A stretch of DNA of 63,911 nt, counting the filler, from Octopus bimaculoides (Eukaryota): NCBI RefSeq assembly GCF_001194135.2. It is 9 parts of 9 records of this genome, joined end to end, with 100 filler letters (N's around TTAATTAATTAA, not from the genome) between each part and the next. Parts side by side here need not be neighbours in the genome. Positions count along the whole stretch, not along the records: positions 33,250 to 49,228 come from NC_068998.1; positions 49,329 to 57,281 come from NC_068986.1; 7 more parts are not named here. One strand, written 5' to 3'. Under the pieces are notes generated by a model. That model ran no database searches, was not told the origin of the DNA, and saw nothing but the letters and a program-made list of their open reading frames with translations. A program made the translations under genes and the position numbers. Below, one piece after another: positions 38,146 through 50,004 of the stretch (position 1 is the first letter of the stretch; each line of letters opens with the position of its first letter).

Positions 38146-39840
38146 TATACATACACGCATATATACAGACAAATACACACATATAAGCGTGGTCTACGCA
38201 ATCTTCTTATGTGACATAAAGAAATAAGAAGAAAGGAGAAACAAGTTTTGCGCGACCAAATCAATTTCCTGTCATGAAAGAAGCCATTTTATCGGTGAGT
38301 AACTTCTGTCAAAATTAGATTTTCTTGTCGTCTGCTTTTGCAGTGATTTCTCGTTGGGGTTTCCTGTTGAATCCTTGCTCGAAATCCTATTGCAGCACCT
38401 GTAATAAGGAAACTTGTGGAAATTTGTTTTTTTTATTTTCCGTTTACTTTGTATTTTATTTCATTTTATTTCATTTTATTTTATTTTCATTATGTTATCA
38501 CGCCTTCATTATTTTTATTCATCTCATCATCATCATCATTTATAATCGTTTTTTTTCATTTATTAGCGTTTCTTCATCTTCATTGATATCATCAATCGTT
38601 CTTTGTTGTTCTCTTACTTTCGTCCATGTATATTATATTTTTTGAAATTCAATCTTCTTTACGGTCTCCAATTTATTCCTTATTCTGAAATTCTTTCTCG
38701 TAAAGTTTCCTTCAAATATCTCTTTCGTCTCTGTCTCTAATTCTTATAATGTTCGTTCTCAATACTCTTTCATTTGGTCTTTCTTCGTACCTACGTGATA
38801 GTCATTTTGTCCCTCACTTACTCTTATATTTCATTTACTCTTTCATCAAATTATTTAATCTTTCATCCTCATTATTTTCCTAATAGTATATCTTTAATGA
38901 TGCTTCTTTCATTCTTTGTTCTTTCTCCTTCCTATCTATCAACGATGTTCTTTCTTTCATTTTCACCCTCCTCTTCTTTCTTTTGCTACCGTTTCTTTCT
39001 CTCTTTACTCACACTCTCTTTTTCTTTCTCTCCCACCTCTCTCTCCTTTTCTTTCTCCCCTCTCTCCCCTCTCTCCCCTCTCTTTCCCCCCTCTCTCTCT
39101 CTCTCTGTCTCTCTCTGTCTCTCTCTGTCTCTCTCTCTGCCTACTTTTAATTTCTACAATCATCCTTCTTCCTTTCATTTTTATCTCTTTCTCTCGCTAT
39201 CTCTCTCTCTCTCTATCTGTATCTCTCTATCTCTATCTCTCTCTCTCTCTTTCTTTCTTCCTTTCTTTTCTTCCATCACTTCCTCCTGCTCTTTGTTTCT
39301 TGCCTTTCTACTTCACTTTTCATTTCGTTCGGTTCTATCTCTCTCTCTCTTTTCAGCATTTATGCTCTCCACTACCGTTTCTTCTTTCAAACTTTTTTTT
39401 TTTGTCGACTTCTCCCACCTACACTCGTTTTCTGCTTTTTCCTTCATTTTTATAAGTTTACAGTTTTCTCTTTCTTTATTTCTTTCTTTCAGGCTTTCCT
39501 TCTTTCCTTCCTGTTGTCTTTCGTTTTCTCCTCATCGCTCTTTCATTAAGCGAAAACCTCATTACTTCCAGAAATATGAACAAAACAATTGAATCCCAAA
39601 AGGCTTTTCCTAGAATCTATAAACATGAATCATTAAAAACAAAGTAGATCTCTGATTAGATCCTGAGTAGTTGAGTATCTAAGTTGCAGTTCCAGGCATT
39701 ATTTAAAGACATTTCTTATTCTTGTTTGGCATAATTTAACACTAAGAGTAAGAACTTGAAGATTTTTTAATTGAATTTATTTATAGAAAGATGATGCCTA
39801 TAGACTTTGTCGATCCTCGACACGACATTCGTTTCCTCTT

Positions 39841-39874
39841 TTTCTGATGATTGGTTTATGCCCGAAACGTTAAA
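39841..39874 (+). ncRNA. Degenerate minimal hammerhead motif (Penelope-like)
   Basis: TTT-CTGATGA-TTGGTTTATGCCC-GAAA-CG-TT-AAA; core intact, stem II weak. Confidence 0.5.
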
Positions 39875-40429
39875 CTTCTCTTTCCTGTTGAAAAATAATT
39901 TGCTCCACTTTGTCAACTTTTGGTTCTTAACTATTTGATGTCAAAGGCCATCGCTAGCGTCATTGGATTCTACTGTTTCAAATCAACATTCATTTAATTT
40001 TGGCATTTTAATTTGTGGCTGTTATTGTTGCTTGTGTTATTGTTGTTACTGTCGTCCTCGTCGTTGTTGTTGTTGCTGTTGTTGATGTCATTACTGTTGT
40101 TGTTATTATCGTGGTTGTTGTTATTCTTGTTCTTATTGTTATTGTTGTTTAACCTCAAGTGAATCTTCCATAATCAAAGTCATCCCAGCCTTGACAATCT
40201 CTGTCTTGTTCAGGGCACCTTGGACGACATTAACCAATGTGTCGTGTCCTGGTTGTCTGACACTTTTAGGAATATAAGGTATGATTTGAGAGCGTTTTAG
40301 CTGCTATATCTAGCAGGGTACACTTTTTTTGTTCAAGACTTAAATCCGGCTCCCTTTATTATTTCTAATGGGTTTATCTAAAAAGAAATGAAAATTGAGT
40401 AATCAAATATTAAATTATTTATATATTTC

Positions 40430-40792
40430 GTGGGGGTGGGATACTTTGTATATATTCTACAAATGTGCGAACGCATGGGAAACGAACCTCTATCAACTAT
40501 GCTGACTATATGTCTGTGCACATCTTTGAATACAGTGTATGCCAGAAGGTTTGCATATCCTACGGAGGCTTCAAAAGACATGTTAAGATCCACAAAGAGC
40601 AGAACTTATCTGCAGGTATTGGTGGTCCAAATCAGAGGTGCAATCTATGTGGGTGTCTTTTCAGAACATTGTCTGGTTTAAAAAGTCACATCAGATGCCA
40701 TGATGGTGCTAAGGTGTAGGTACAGGAGATGGTCAAACTCTGCATAAGGAGTAGACAACCACCATGTATGTATGTATGTATGCATGTATGTA
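40430..40792 (+). mobile_element. RTE-type LINE 3' end with C-terminal C2H2 fingers and (TATG)n tail
   Basis: ..VCQKVCISYGGFKRHVKIH..CNLCGCLFRTLSGLKSHIRCH..*, short 3' UTR ending ACAACCACC followed by (ATGT)n. Confidence 0.65.
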
Positions 40793-41028
40793 GCAAGAGA
40801 GGGGAGAGAGAAAGAAATTGCAGATAAGTCAGGTCATATGATTGATTTTATTGCCCCGGTTAATTCTGTGAGAGCAGACAGCAACCTGTTGTCAAAGATC
40901 TCTCGGGGTCTCTTTCCACGATACTTAACACCCAAGAACCAATCTCAAAATACTCGCTGTCCCCCAATTGAGCAGCCTTTGAGCATGTTCTATCCTCATG
41001 TCAATTTCAGTTTCTCCGACGTATTTCT

Positions 41029-41232
41029 CAGAATCGTTAGCACGCCGGGCGAAACGCTTAGCGGTATATCGTCTGCTGCTACGTTCTGAGTTCAAATTCC
41101 GCCGAGGTCGACTTTGCTTTCATCCTTTCGGGGTACGAACTGAGGCCGATGTAATCGACTTGCCGCCTCTCCGCAAATTTCAGGCCTTGTGCCTATAATA
41201 GAAAGGATTATTATTATTACTATTATTATTAT
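41029..41232 (+). mobile_element. SINE family A with (TTA)n tail
   Basis: CAGAATCGTTAGCACGCCGGGCGAAA..GTTCAAATTCCGCCGAGGTCGAC..GGCCTTGTGCCTATAATAGAAAGG-(ATT)n. Confidence 0.9.
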
Positions 41233-41520
41233 CTCTTTATCACAGGTTTTGTTAGAGCTCCTGGAATCTTGCATGCGTAGCGGGCTTACTACCTGCAGCA
41301 TGCGGTACCATGCTAACCATTTTTTTCAGCTATCTAATACTTTCCTGATTATTCTGGCTGTACCAAGGATGCAAAACTTTTCTAAGAGTTCTACTGGGCA
41401 CTCTATTCCAATTTCCTTCATATTCCACTTGATGCCTTCTGATACTGTTCCCAAGAACCCCAAAACAATTGGCACTATCTTCACCTTCTTCATTTTCCAT
41501 AGATGGGCTATTTCGTACTT
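41233..41520 (-). mobile_element. R4/Dong-like REL element, short 3' end
   Basis: KYEIAHLWKMKKVKIVPIVLGFLGTVS..VELLEKFCILGTARIIRKVLDS*; flanked on both sides by (TAA)n. Confidence 0.85.
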
Positions 41521-41533
41521 TATTATTATTATC

Positions 41534-41608
41534 ATTCGTTTAATCTCACTGCCCCTCGTCTGTGTACCGTCCTCTTTGTTTTGTCTTCGGCCCTGGTGGT
41601 CAATCAAA

Positions 41609-41682
<74 letters not shown>

Positions 41683-41760
41683 CATTCGTTTAATCTCACT
41701 GTCCATCGTCTGTGTATCGTCCTCTACGTTTTGTGTTCGGCCCTGGTGGCCAAAAAAAAA
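41534..41760. repeat. Two ~75-bp related units, each embedded in (ATT)n
   Basis: ATTCGTTTAATCTCACTG.CC.TCGTCTGTGTA.CGTCCTCT..GTTTTGT.TTCGGCCCTGGTGG at 41534-41608 and 41684-41760. Confidence 0.85.
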
Positions 41761-41767
41761 TTGTTGC

Positions 41768-41818
<51 letters not shown>

Positions 41819-42041
41819 ACTACATGAATTACTCTGAACTTACCGATTATTCAGATTATTTAAATGACTCATAACATGAAAGCTCCTTCTTACGATGCAA
41901 GGATCTTCGGCTTCTCATAAAATATGTCCTCTCTGCTTTATGTACTCAGGGTTATTTCCTGTTTAAAAACACAAACGTTAACTAACCCATATATATTTAT
42001 ATATGTGTATATATGCACATATAAACATATGTGTGTATATT

Positions 42042-42078
<37 letters not shown>

Positions 42079-42079
42079 A

Positions 42080-42112
<33 letters not shown>

Positions 42113-43242
42113 ATGTATATGCATATATGTGTGAGTGTGTGTGTGTATACATATATATACCTATATATATATACATANNNNNNNNNNNNNNNNNNNNNNN
42201 NNNNNNNNNNNNNNNNNNNNNNNNNNNNNNNNNNNNNNNNNNNNNNNNNNNNNNNNNNNNNNNNNNNNNNNNNNNNNNNNNNNNNNNNNNNNNNNNNNNN
42301 NNNNNNNNNNNNNNNNNNNNNNNNNNNNNNNNNNNNNNNNNNNNNNNNNNNNNNNNNNNNNNNNNNNNNNNNNNNNNNNNNNNNNNNNNNNNNNNNNNNN
42401 NNNNNNNNNNNNNNNNNNNNNNNNNNNNNNNNNNNNNNNNNNNNNNNNNNNNNNNNNNNNNNNNNNNNNNNNNNNNNNNNNNNNNNNNNNNNNNNNNNNN
42501 NNNNNNNNNNNNNNNNNNNNNNNTATATATATATATATATATATGGATTATTTACTTTGCTGTACTCATAATATTTGGAATATTTTAGTTTTTGTATTTC
42601 TTGTTATTTTGTCTTTTTTTTTTCTTCTTCATTTCTTCCTTGTTTATGGTATCATCGTGGAACAGAAATTCCAATGTGTTGAGACAGGAATTCGGACTGA
42701 TGTAATTTGAACTTGGTTCTAGTGGAAATAAATTTCCCTGTCCTCTCGTAGATGTTTTTTGTTCTTTTTTTTTTTTAACTTGGAGGTCTCACAAAAATGA
42801 AAGTATGGTAGCCATCCATGTTTAATAAGTCCCGCACCACACAGAGAACCTCGCTTATTCAGCCCGAACTCCATTACCATCGCCAACATCGCCGCAGTGT
42901 CTTAACGGCGGTGTACAGTATATGCGGCTTTTGTATTTATATAAAAGAGGTTTGTTGAAAGAGGTATTTATATAAAAGAGAAATGAGTGATTTATATAGA
43001 GAAATATCTCAATGGTGAAATAAATATCAAAGAATGTTTATAGCATTTTTGTTGTTATTGAAAGAGTCGACTTTGGTTTTTGTTGTTGTTTTTGTTTTTG
43101 TTTCAATTGAATTCAGAAGCTGTTAGTTTATTAGCGCAATGTTAGGAAACAGCCAGTTGATCCATGCAACTGGAGGTGATATGTGCATGTATATATCATT
43201 TATATTATTGTTGTTATTGTTGTTGTTGTTGTTGTTGTTACT

Positions 43243-43460
43243 CGAGCTGGCAGAATTGTTAGCACGCCAGGCAAAATGCTTAGCGGTATTTTAGTCTGTC
43301 TCAGCGTTCTGAGTTCAAATTACGTCGAGGTCGACTTTGCCTTTCATCCTTTCGCGGTGGATAAATTAAGTACCAGTTGCGTACTGGGGTCGATGTAATC
43401 GACTTAACCTCCTTCCCCTAAAATTGCTACCCTTGTGACAAAATTTGAAACCATCACCAC

Positions 43461-43491
<31 letters not shown>

Positions 43492-43605
43492 ACTCGAGCT
43501 GGCAGAATTGTTAGCACGCCAGGCAAAATGCTTAGCGGTATTTTAGTCTGTCTCAGCGTTCTGAGTTCAAATTACGTCGAGGTCGACTTTGCCTTTCATC
43601 CTTTC
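43243..43605 (+). mobile_element. SINE family A copy (43243-43452) plus identical partial duplicate (43495-43605)
   Basis: A and B boxes and core present; the duplicate abuts a gap. Confidence 0.88.
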
Positions 43606-43972
43606 NNNNNNNNNNNNNNNNNNNNNNNNNNNNNNNNNNNNNNNNNNNNNNNNNNNNNNNNNNNNNNNNNNNNNNNNNNNNNNNNNNNNNNNNNNNNNNN
43701 NNNNNNNNNNNNNNNNNNNNNNNNNNNNNNNNNNNNNNNNNNNNNNNNNNNNNNNNNNNNNNNNNNNNNNNNNNNNNNNNNNAGGAGGAGGAGGAGGAGG
43801 AGGAGGAGGAAGAAGAAGTAGGGTGGAGAAGGAGGAGGAGGAGGAAGAAGAAGAAGAAGAAGAAGAAGAGGTGGAGGAGGAAGAAGAAGAGCAGCTGTTT
43901 GAGAAAGACAGATCTTCTATCTCTAAAAATTGAAGGCTATATTGGATAATGTACTCCAAGATATGGTATGAA

Positions 43973-44456
43973 GATGGTAAATTGGCTGAATCGTAAGAGC
44001 GGTGAACAAAATATGCAATATTTGTACTGCTATTTATATTCTGAGTTCAAAATTTGCCGATGTCAGCATGACCTTTTGCGTTAGGGGATCGATTACTTAA
44101 ATCCTAGAACGGTGGAACAGCGGAATTGTTAAAACACTGGACAAAATACATTGAGGTTTATTATGTTCCGGCTCTTTTACGGTCTGAGTTCGCCTGCAAT
44201 GATACAGGTGCCAAACTGTATCAGTCCTTGCTTTTCCCATCACAGTACCAGCAGAGCATTGGGGTCGACTAACCCATCCACCCAAAGTTTAAGGTTTTGC
44301 GGCTATAGTAGAAAAGATTATTACACAAGCAAACGCAAGGCATTGAGGTAAGAGAATTTTTAGAGCGTCGGTAAAAATCCTCTGCGGTATTTGTTCTAAG
44401 TTCAATTCCTGCCGAAGTCAGCTTTGCCGTTCATCCGGTTGCAGTCCATGAAATAA
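43973..44456 (+). mobile_element. Cluster of old, diverged family A-like SINE copies
   Basis: Repeated TTCTGAGTTCAAA / GGTCTGAGTTC / CTAAGTTCAATTCCTGCCGA blocks and a CTATAGTAGAAAAGATTATTA tail. Confidence 0.55.
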
Positions 44457-46851
44457 GAGAGGGGTGTCTTACTCTATGAACACCCGTTATTCTTTCATAG
44501 AGAACAGGCTTCCCAAGACCATACCCAGGAAAGATCTGACCTGAGGAAAGCCATTCTACAGAAAATAACTTTCCAGGCGTAGATGGATGGTTAACTTTCA
44601 CTGGCAGAAATCTTAGAGATTACACTATAGCTGAAGAAAAGGCGCATTTAAAATGATTAGAAAATTACTTTGATCACAGGTCCGCTCGATGAAAGCTAAC
44701 CTGGTATTAAATAACAGCAACAACAACATCGACCACAGCAACAGTAATCATCGAGCTGAAATTATGAACTCAGAATTACAATTGCTGGGTAGAGATATTC
44801 GTAGGACTTAAGCTAAAAGTAAATGATTGAGAAAGGGCAACAGGTGAATGTTGCTGTCGTTTATTTGTTTCATGTGACATTTCAATGGATTAAAAACAAA
44901 ACAAACAAAATCCCTTTGGTTTTGCTCACTGTATAATATATATTACGATATGACACCATGCCATGGCCGGCTTACAGATTGAAATATTAGCAGTTTGTGT
45001 GATTAATATTGCTATAGAGTTGGAGAGAAGGAACAGAAGGCGATACGTGAGTTAGAGGGAGAAGGCCAGAAAGAAAGAGAGAGGAAGAGGAAGAGAAAGA
45101 GAGAGGGAGAGAGGAAGAATGCGAATAATATTAGGTATGTGTGCGCGCGGGCGAACGTGTTTGCACGCACGCGTGTACGTTTGAGGAAATCTTTTCGTTG
45201 CTAGGCTAATCTATCACGGTTGTCGTCGTCATCATCATCATCATCATATGGTCATTGTCGTCATCACTATCGTCATCAATGCGTCGACACCAATTCCGTT
45301 CATAAACGTTGGCTTTAATACGAGTATTTGTTTATCAAGTGCTTCGTTTAGATTCTTCTCCAGAAATTAGACAAAAGATAAAGAACTCCACTAAAATAAA
45401 CAGAACTAGATAAAACAAATATAAATCAACAACAGGTATTGTAACAAACTGCTAGACAAAGGAACCGAACAATGCAAGAGGAAGCACGACGTAACATCAA
45501 ACAAATACATCAAACACCACGTTTATTAGAAATACAAAAATCACAAATAAAGTGTTTATGTGATTCAAATGCGATTTAATAATTATAGAATAAATAACGG
45601 TGGTGTCCCAGAATGGCCGCAGCTTTCGAGCTGAAATTAGTTAAAGAACCAAAGAGTTAGATAAACATATAAGATGTACAACAATGATACTGATGTTCTG
45701 GGACTTCTTATATCCTCCACTAGTTTATACGAGCGGGCATTTGAAATACCCGCGGCCGCCAAACTAGTTTGCTGGTATCTTTTACAGATTTGTACCTTGT
45801 GCCGTACTGTATTGATAAACTAGTATTATTCATGCTAATGTACAGGTATCTGTACGTCATTTAATCAATTAAGTAAATTTAATATTTGCTTAATTCAAGG
45901 CGCGATAAAATAAGTGCCAGTTCAGCACTGGAGTTTATGTAAACTTGTACCAAAATTTGAAATCAATATTCACCTGATTTAGAGCGTGACCATCTCTGGC
46001 TCGGAAAAACAAATGATTCGGAAAGCCTTTGGAATCAAATTTCCCGAAAAATCGACGTTAAACTTGTATCAAGCATTTCGTAAAGCAAAATGTAAAATGC
46101 ATCACACCAAATTATAAATTAAAATAAATAACATAATACAGGAACAATAAAATTAAAAACTATCTGATTTGCAACAAACTACAAGCAAGAAATTCGCGAA
46201 GCAACGAATGACCAATGTGATTTCTAAATTTGAATGTGAAAGTTGCAAACATCACAACTCCAACTGTTTTATTAGCCAATTAGATACGACACCCTTCCAC
46301 CAGTTTATTATGCACTTACAACAAAGAACAACTGTAGTATACTACGCCACACAACACGAAATAAAACCAGATAGAACAACGTTAGCAGACAATACGCCTA
46401 TATTCTACTGAATTTCCCCACAAAAACAGACGATTAATTATGGAAGCAAGACCTATAACACAGATAACATACACGACAAGTCACATCCAAAAGTAAACAC
46501 CTGAGTAATGATGATCAAAATTCACATTCTGACGGTAACATTTATGCAAATCATTATTGGCTTTGCCTCCTATGAGAAGGCAGCAACACACACTAAGATC
46601 ACTTCTTCCTGGAGATGAAATATGAAGTTCTAAAACTGTTGGTGATAGATTTTGAAACCTTACTGTTGTAAATAACCTGCACAAAAAAAAATCTCATATG
46701 AAAAGAAAACTTTCGTAGGAAAGATAAAATTAAATTATAGTCGTGTATTCAATACATGTCTAAAAGAAAAGCTGCTCCGACACCACACGCACATACATAC
46801 AAACTTTCGTACAGACACACACACACACACACACACGAATGTATGTATGTG

Positions 46852-46904
<53 letters not shown>

Positions 46905-47163
46905 NNNNNNNNNNNNNNNNNNNNNNNNNNNNNNNNNNNNNNNNNNNNNNNNNNNNNNNNNNNNNNNNNNNNNNNNNNNNNNNNNAAATACATACAGTAC
47001 ATATATACACAGAAACATGCATACATATATACATACACTATTTCATATATATATATACATATATACATGTATATAAATGTGTATATATATATATATATAT
47101 ATATTTATTTATGTGTGTGCATATATATATATATATATGTATGTATGTATATGTATATGTATG

Positions 47164-47228
<65 letters not shown>

Positions 47229-48159
47229 ATGTATGTATGTATGTATGTATGTATGTATGTATGAAAGCATACGTGCACACGCCAATACCTCGTTTTACGT
47301 TTCCTTTCTGGAGGAAAATGCAGCAATTTAACAACTAAAACCACAATGATATGAATATATATTACAAAAAAGAAATAATAATAATAATGATAATATGGAA
47401 AAAAAATTTGTCGTCCTCGTAGAAATTTCCCGCTTGAATTTGAACTTCCTTCTAAGAAAACTCTCGTTGCTTTATGAGTCACACACACAAAAGAAAGATT
47501 TAATCACAGCTGGTTTGCTTTTTCATTCTGGAGTGCTAACAAGTGTTACATCGAACCACGTCTGTAAGAATTTCCTTAGTATGGGGTTTTTTTTTTCCTC
47601 TAATTTTATTCTGTATGCTTTTTATCATATCATGTCACGTTTAGCGTAAAGCAATATCATTACATACCAAACTAAAGACTCTAAACGAGCAACCGGTTGC
47701 AGCGGTACTGTAATTCATCTGGCTGTTCACTAACAGTCTGCGCGTTCGAATCACATTGCGTTCAGTGATTTTAAAAATTTTTAATATATGTATATTTTTG
47801 CCGATATTTGTCAAAGTTATTTCTACAGATATCCTCTAGAAAGTATAACCAGTACTAATTTTTGCTACTACGTTTCGTATACAAAACCTCAGCAATGAGC
47901 TCGAAGATGAAAAATGGGTAAATATGCTCGTGGGGGAGAGTGTCCCTTCATAAGCACCCATCTAGTAAAGTTTTTTTCTAATAGAACATCCACATTTAAG
48001 TGAGGATAAATATTACCTCTTGGGGTTAACACTGCCTCTGTCGCTAATATATATATTTTCCGCAACAGGATTCTGTACAGGCTACAGTTAGCGGGATTTG
48101 AAAAGTTGATGCGGGTTCTATCGTTTCGGGTGGGTTGCCCGGTTCCGGTCTTAGTCTTT

Positions 48160-48490
48160 TTTTTCAAACGTTCCTGTCTTACAAAACATTTTTAAGGTCT
48201 TCAGTTTATAACTCGACATCATGTGAGTTTAATCAACGAACGTCATTCTGGGTCTTTGTCCGACGTGGGTATTCCTATGGCTTGAAATCCATAGAAGGAG
48301 CTCACGCGCTAATCCATCTTTGCCTCGACAGTAGTAACCAGCATATACCTTGTCCTCCGTTCTCGAATGATCGATGACATGTTGGAGATATTTTCATCAA
48401 GCTCTTCCTTAGTTAGATTTTGTGTCCATGATTTGTTGAGGACAACTCGCAACACACGTGTGTAGGCCCCATCAAGTTTGCTTTCGAATA
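48160..48490 (-). mobile_element. RTE-clade LINE ORF2 C-terminal fragment
   Basis: Minus strand: ESKLDGAYTRVLRVVLNKSWTQNLTKEEL..SSIIRERR. Confidence 0.75.
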
Positions 48491-48619
48491 TTTTTTTTTT
48501 TTTTTGTCAGATTCCATGTTGATGAACCGCAAAGAATAACCGATTCTACTATGGCTGGGGCAGGTAATACTCCAGATTTATTAGATACTGATAAAATAAC
48601 ACTCACCTATGAAATCCCT

Positions 48620-48890
48620 AAGGAGTTAACATAACCGCATAACCTCAAGCGTCGTATACAGATAATGAAGAAGAGATATCTTCAATAAACGGTTTTGACG
48701 AGAGAGATTTTATCTAAAAAGCCTTTGTGAATGAAGTAACTCGTGCTTTAGAGCGACTATTGGAAAACGATTTAAATTTTGAACGAAGCATGGAAATTAA
48801 AAGATCTGTAACGGTAGCGCTAAATTGTTATGGAGAATAATCAAAAGTTCATAAAAAAGAAGGCAGCGCAATCAATCTATTAGGCTCGTT
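48620..48890 (+). pseudogene. Probable pogo/Tigger C-terminal remnant
   Basis: NDLNFERSMEIKRSVTVALNCY resembles the Tigger D.N.ERS..V.R....CY tail. Confidence 0.5.
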
Positions 48891-49015
48891 TTTTTTTCTT
48901 CTGAAATAAAAATGAAAAAAGAAAATATTCTGTAGGACGATACGTATTAATTATTTGTTGTTTCGTATCTCTTGTTGCATATAACAAAGGTAATGTGCGT
49001 GTGTGAGTATATACG

Positions 49016-49092
<77 letters not shown>

Positions 49093-49143
49093 TTGCACAC
49101 GCATTTATATATGTGTGTGAACGTATACATATATATATGTATG

Positions 49144-49175
<32 letters not shown>

Positions 49176-49662
49176 TGTGTGTGTGTGCGTGTGTGTATCC
49201 GGTATATGTGTGTATATATATATATATANNNNNNNNNNNNNNNNNNNNNNNNNNNNNNNNNNNNNNNNNNNNTTAATTAATTAANNNNNNNNNNNNNNNN
49301 NNNNNNNNNNNNNNNNNNNNNNNNNNNNTGACAAAGTGACAAAGGAAATAAACAATTTTGGTATGAATTTCATTACCGTACATATATATATATATAATAC
49401 TGATGAAGGGTAGTTCCTTATGTTGCTTGTCTTGCTTTCCATTTGTTTCTTTCGTTATTCGCAAAAAAAAAGTTCGTATTCCATGTTTTCGTATTTCATG
49501 TTCTTTACGTTCTGTGATGTCCTGTGCCCATATATGCATATATATATACATGTATATATAAGTAAGCACTTATATGTATATATGCATATATATATATATA
49601 TATTATTTATACTATTATATTATTGAACGCCACGCATCCATTTCCAAGTAATATCCATTTCC

Positions 49663-49693
<31 letters not shown>

Positions 49694-50004
49694 TAAATGA
49701 GTATATGCATATATACGTACAGGTATGTGCATACCGACATCCACCTGTATGTATAAGTGCATATCTGGGTACAGGACATTGCAAACAAACGTAGACGAGA
49801 ACACACGAGCCACATAGAGAACATTCTACTTCATCAGCTACCCACGTTTTAACACCGGCGTTTCGACGAGCTTCGGGCAGGACGCAACGTTAAAACGGCT
49901 CGTCCCATGGATCGCAGATTAAATCTGTATACGCAAATTAAATCTAGCCATGGAGGAATGTAGTGGCGGACAAAAAACAAGACATATATATATATGTATG
50001 TATG

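Noticed and set aside
40465-40719. Host C2H2 zinc-finger gene (a family expanded in octopus)
   Set aside because: No TGEKP linkers, one finger is broken, and it ends in a LINE-type 3' UTR with a (TATG)n tail.
41521-41820. CRISPR-like repeat-spacer array
   Set aside because: Eukaryotic context; the apparent spacers are (ATT)n microsatellite and there are only two units.
47685-47760. tRNA gene (GTTCGAATC B-box)
   Set aside because: No cloverleaf can be formed; likely a decayed SINE head. The same applies to 58980-59040 and all SINE heads.
49399-49425. CTGATGAAGG..CCT
   Set aside because: No GAAA strand follows.
49820-49900. Minus-strand GAAACGCCGGTGTT...CTGATGA as a type II hammerhead
   Set aside because: Both core strands are present, but stem I and stem II do not pair; only a CGTTTTAAC/GTTAAAACG inverted repeat is solid.
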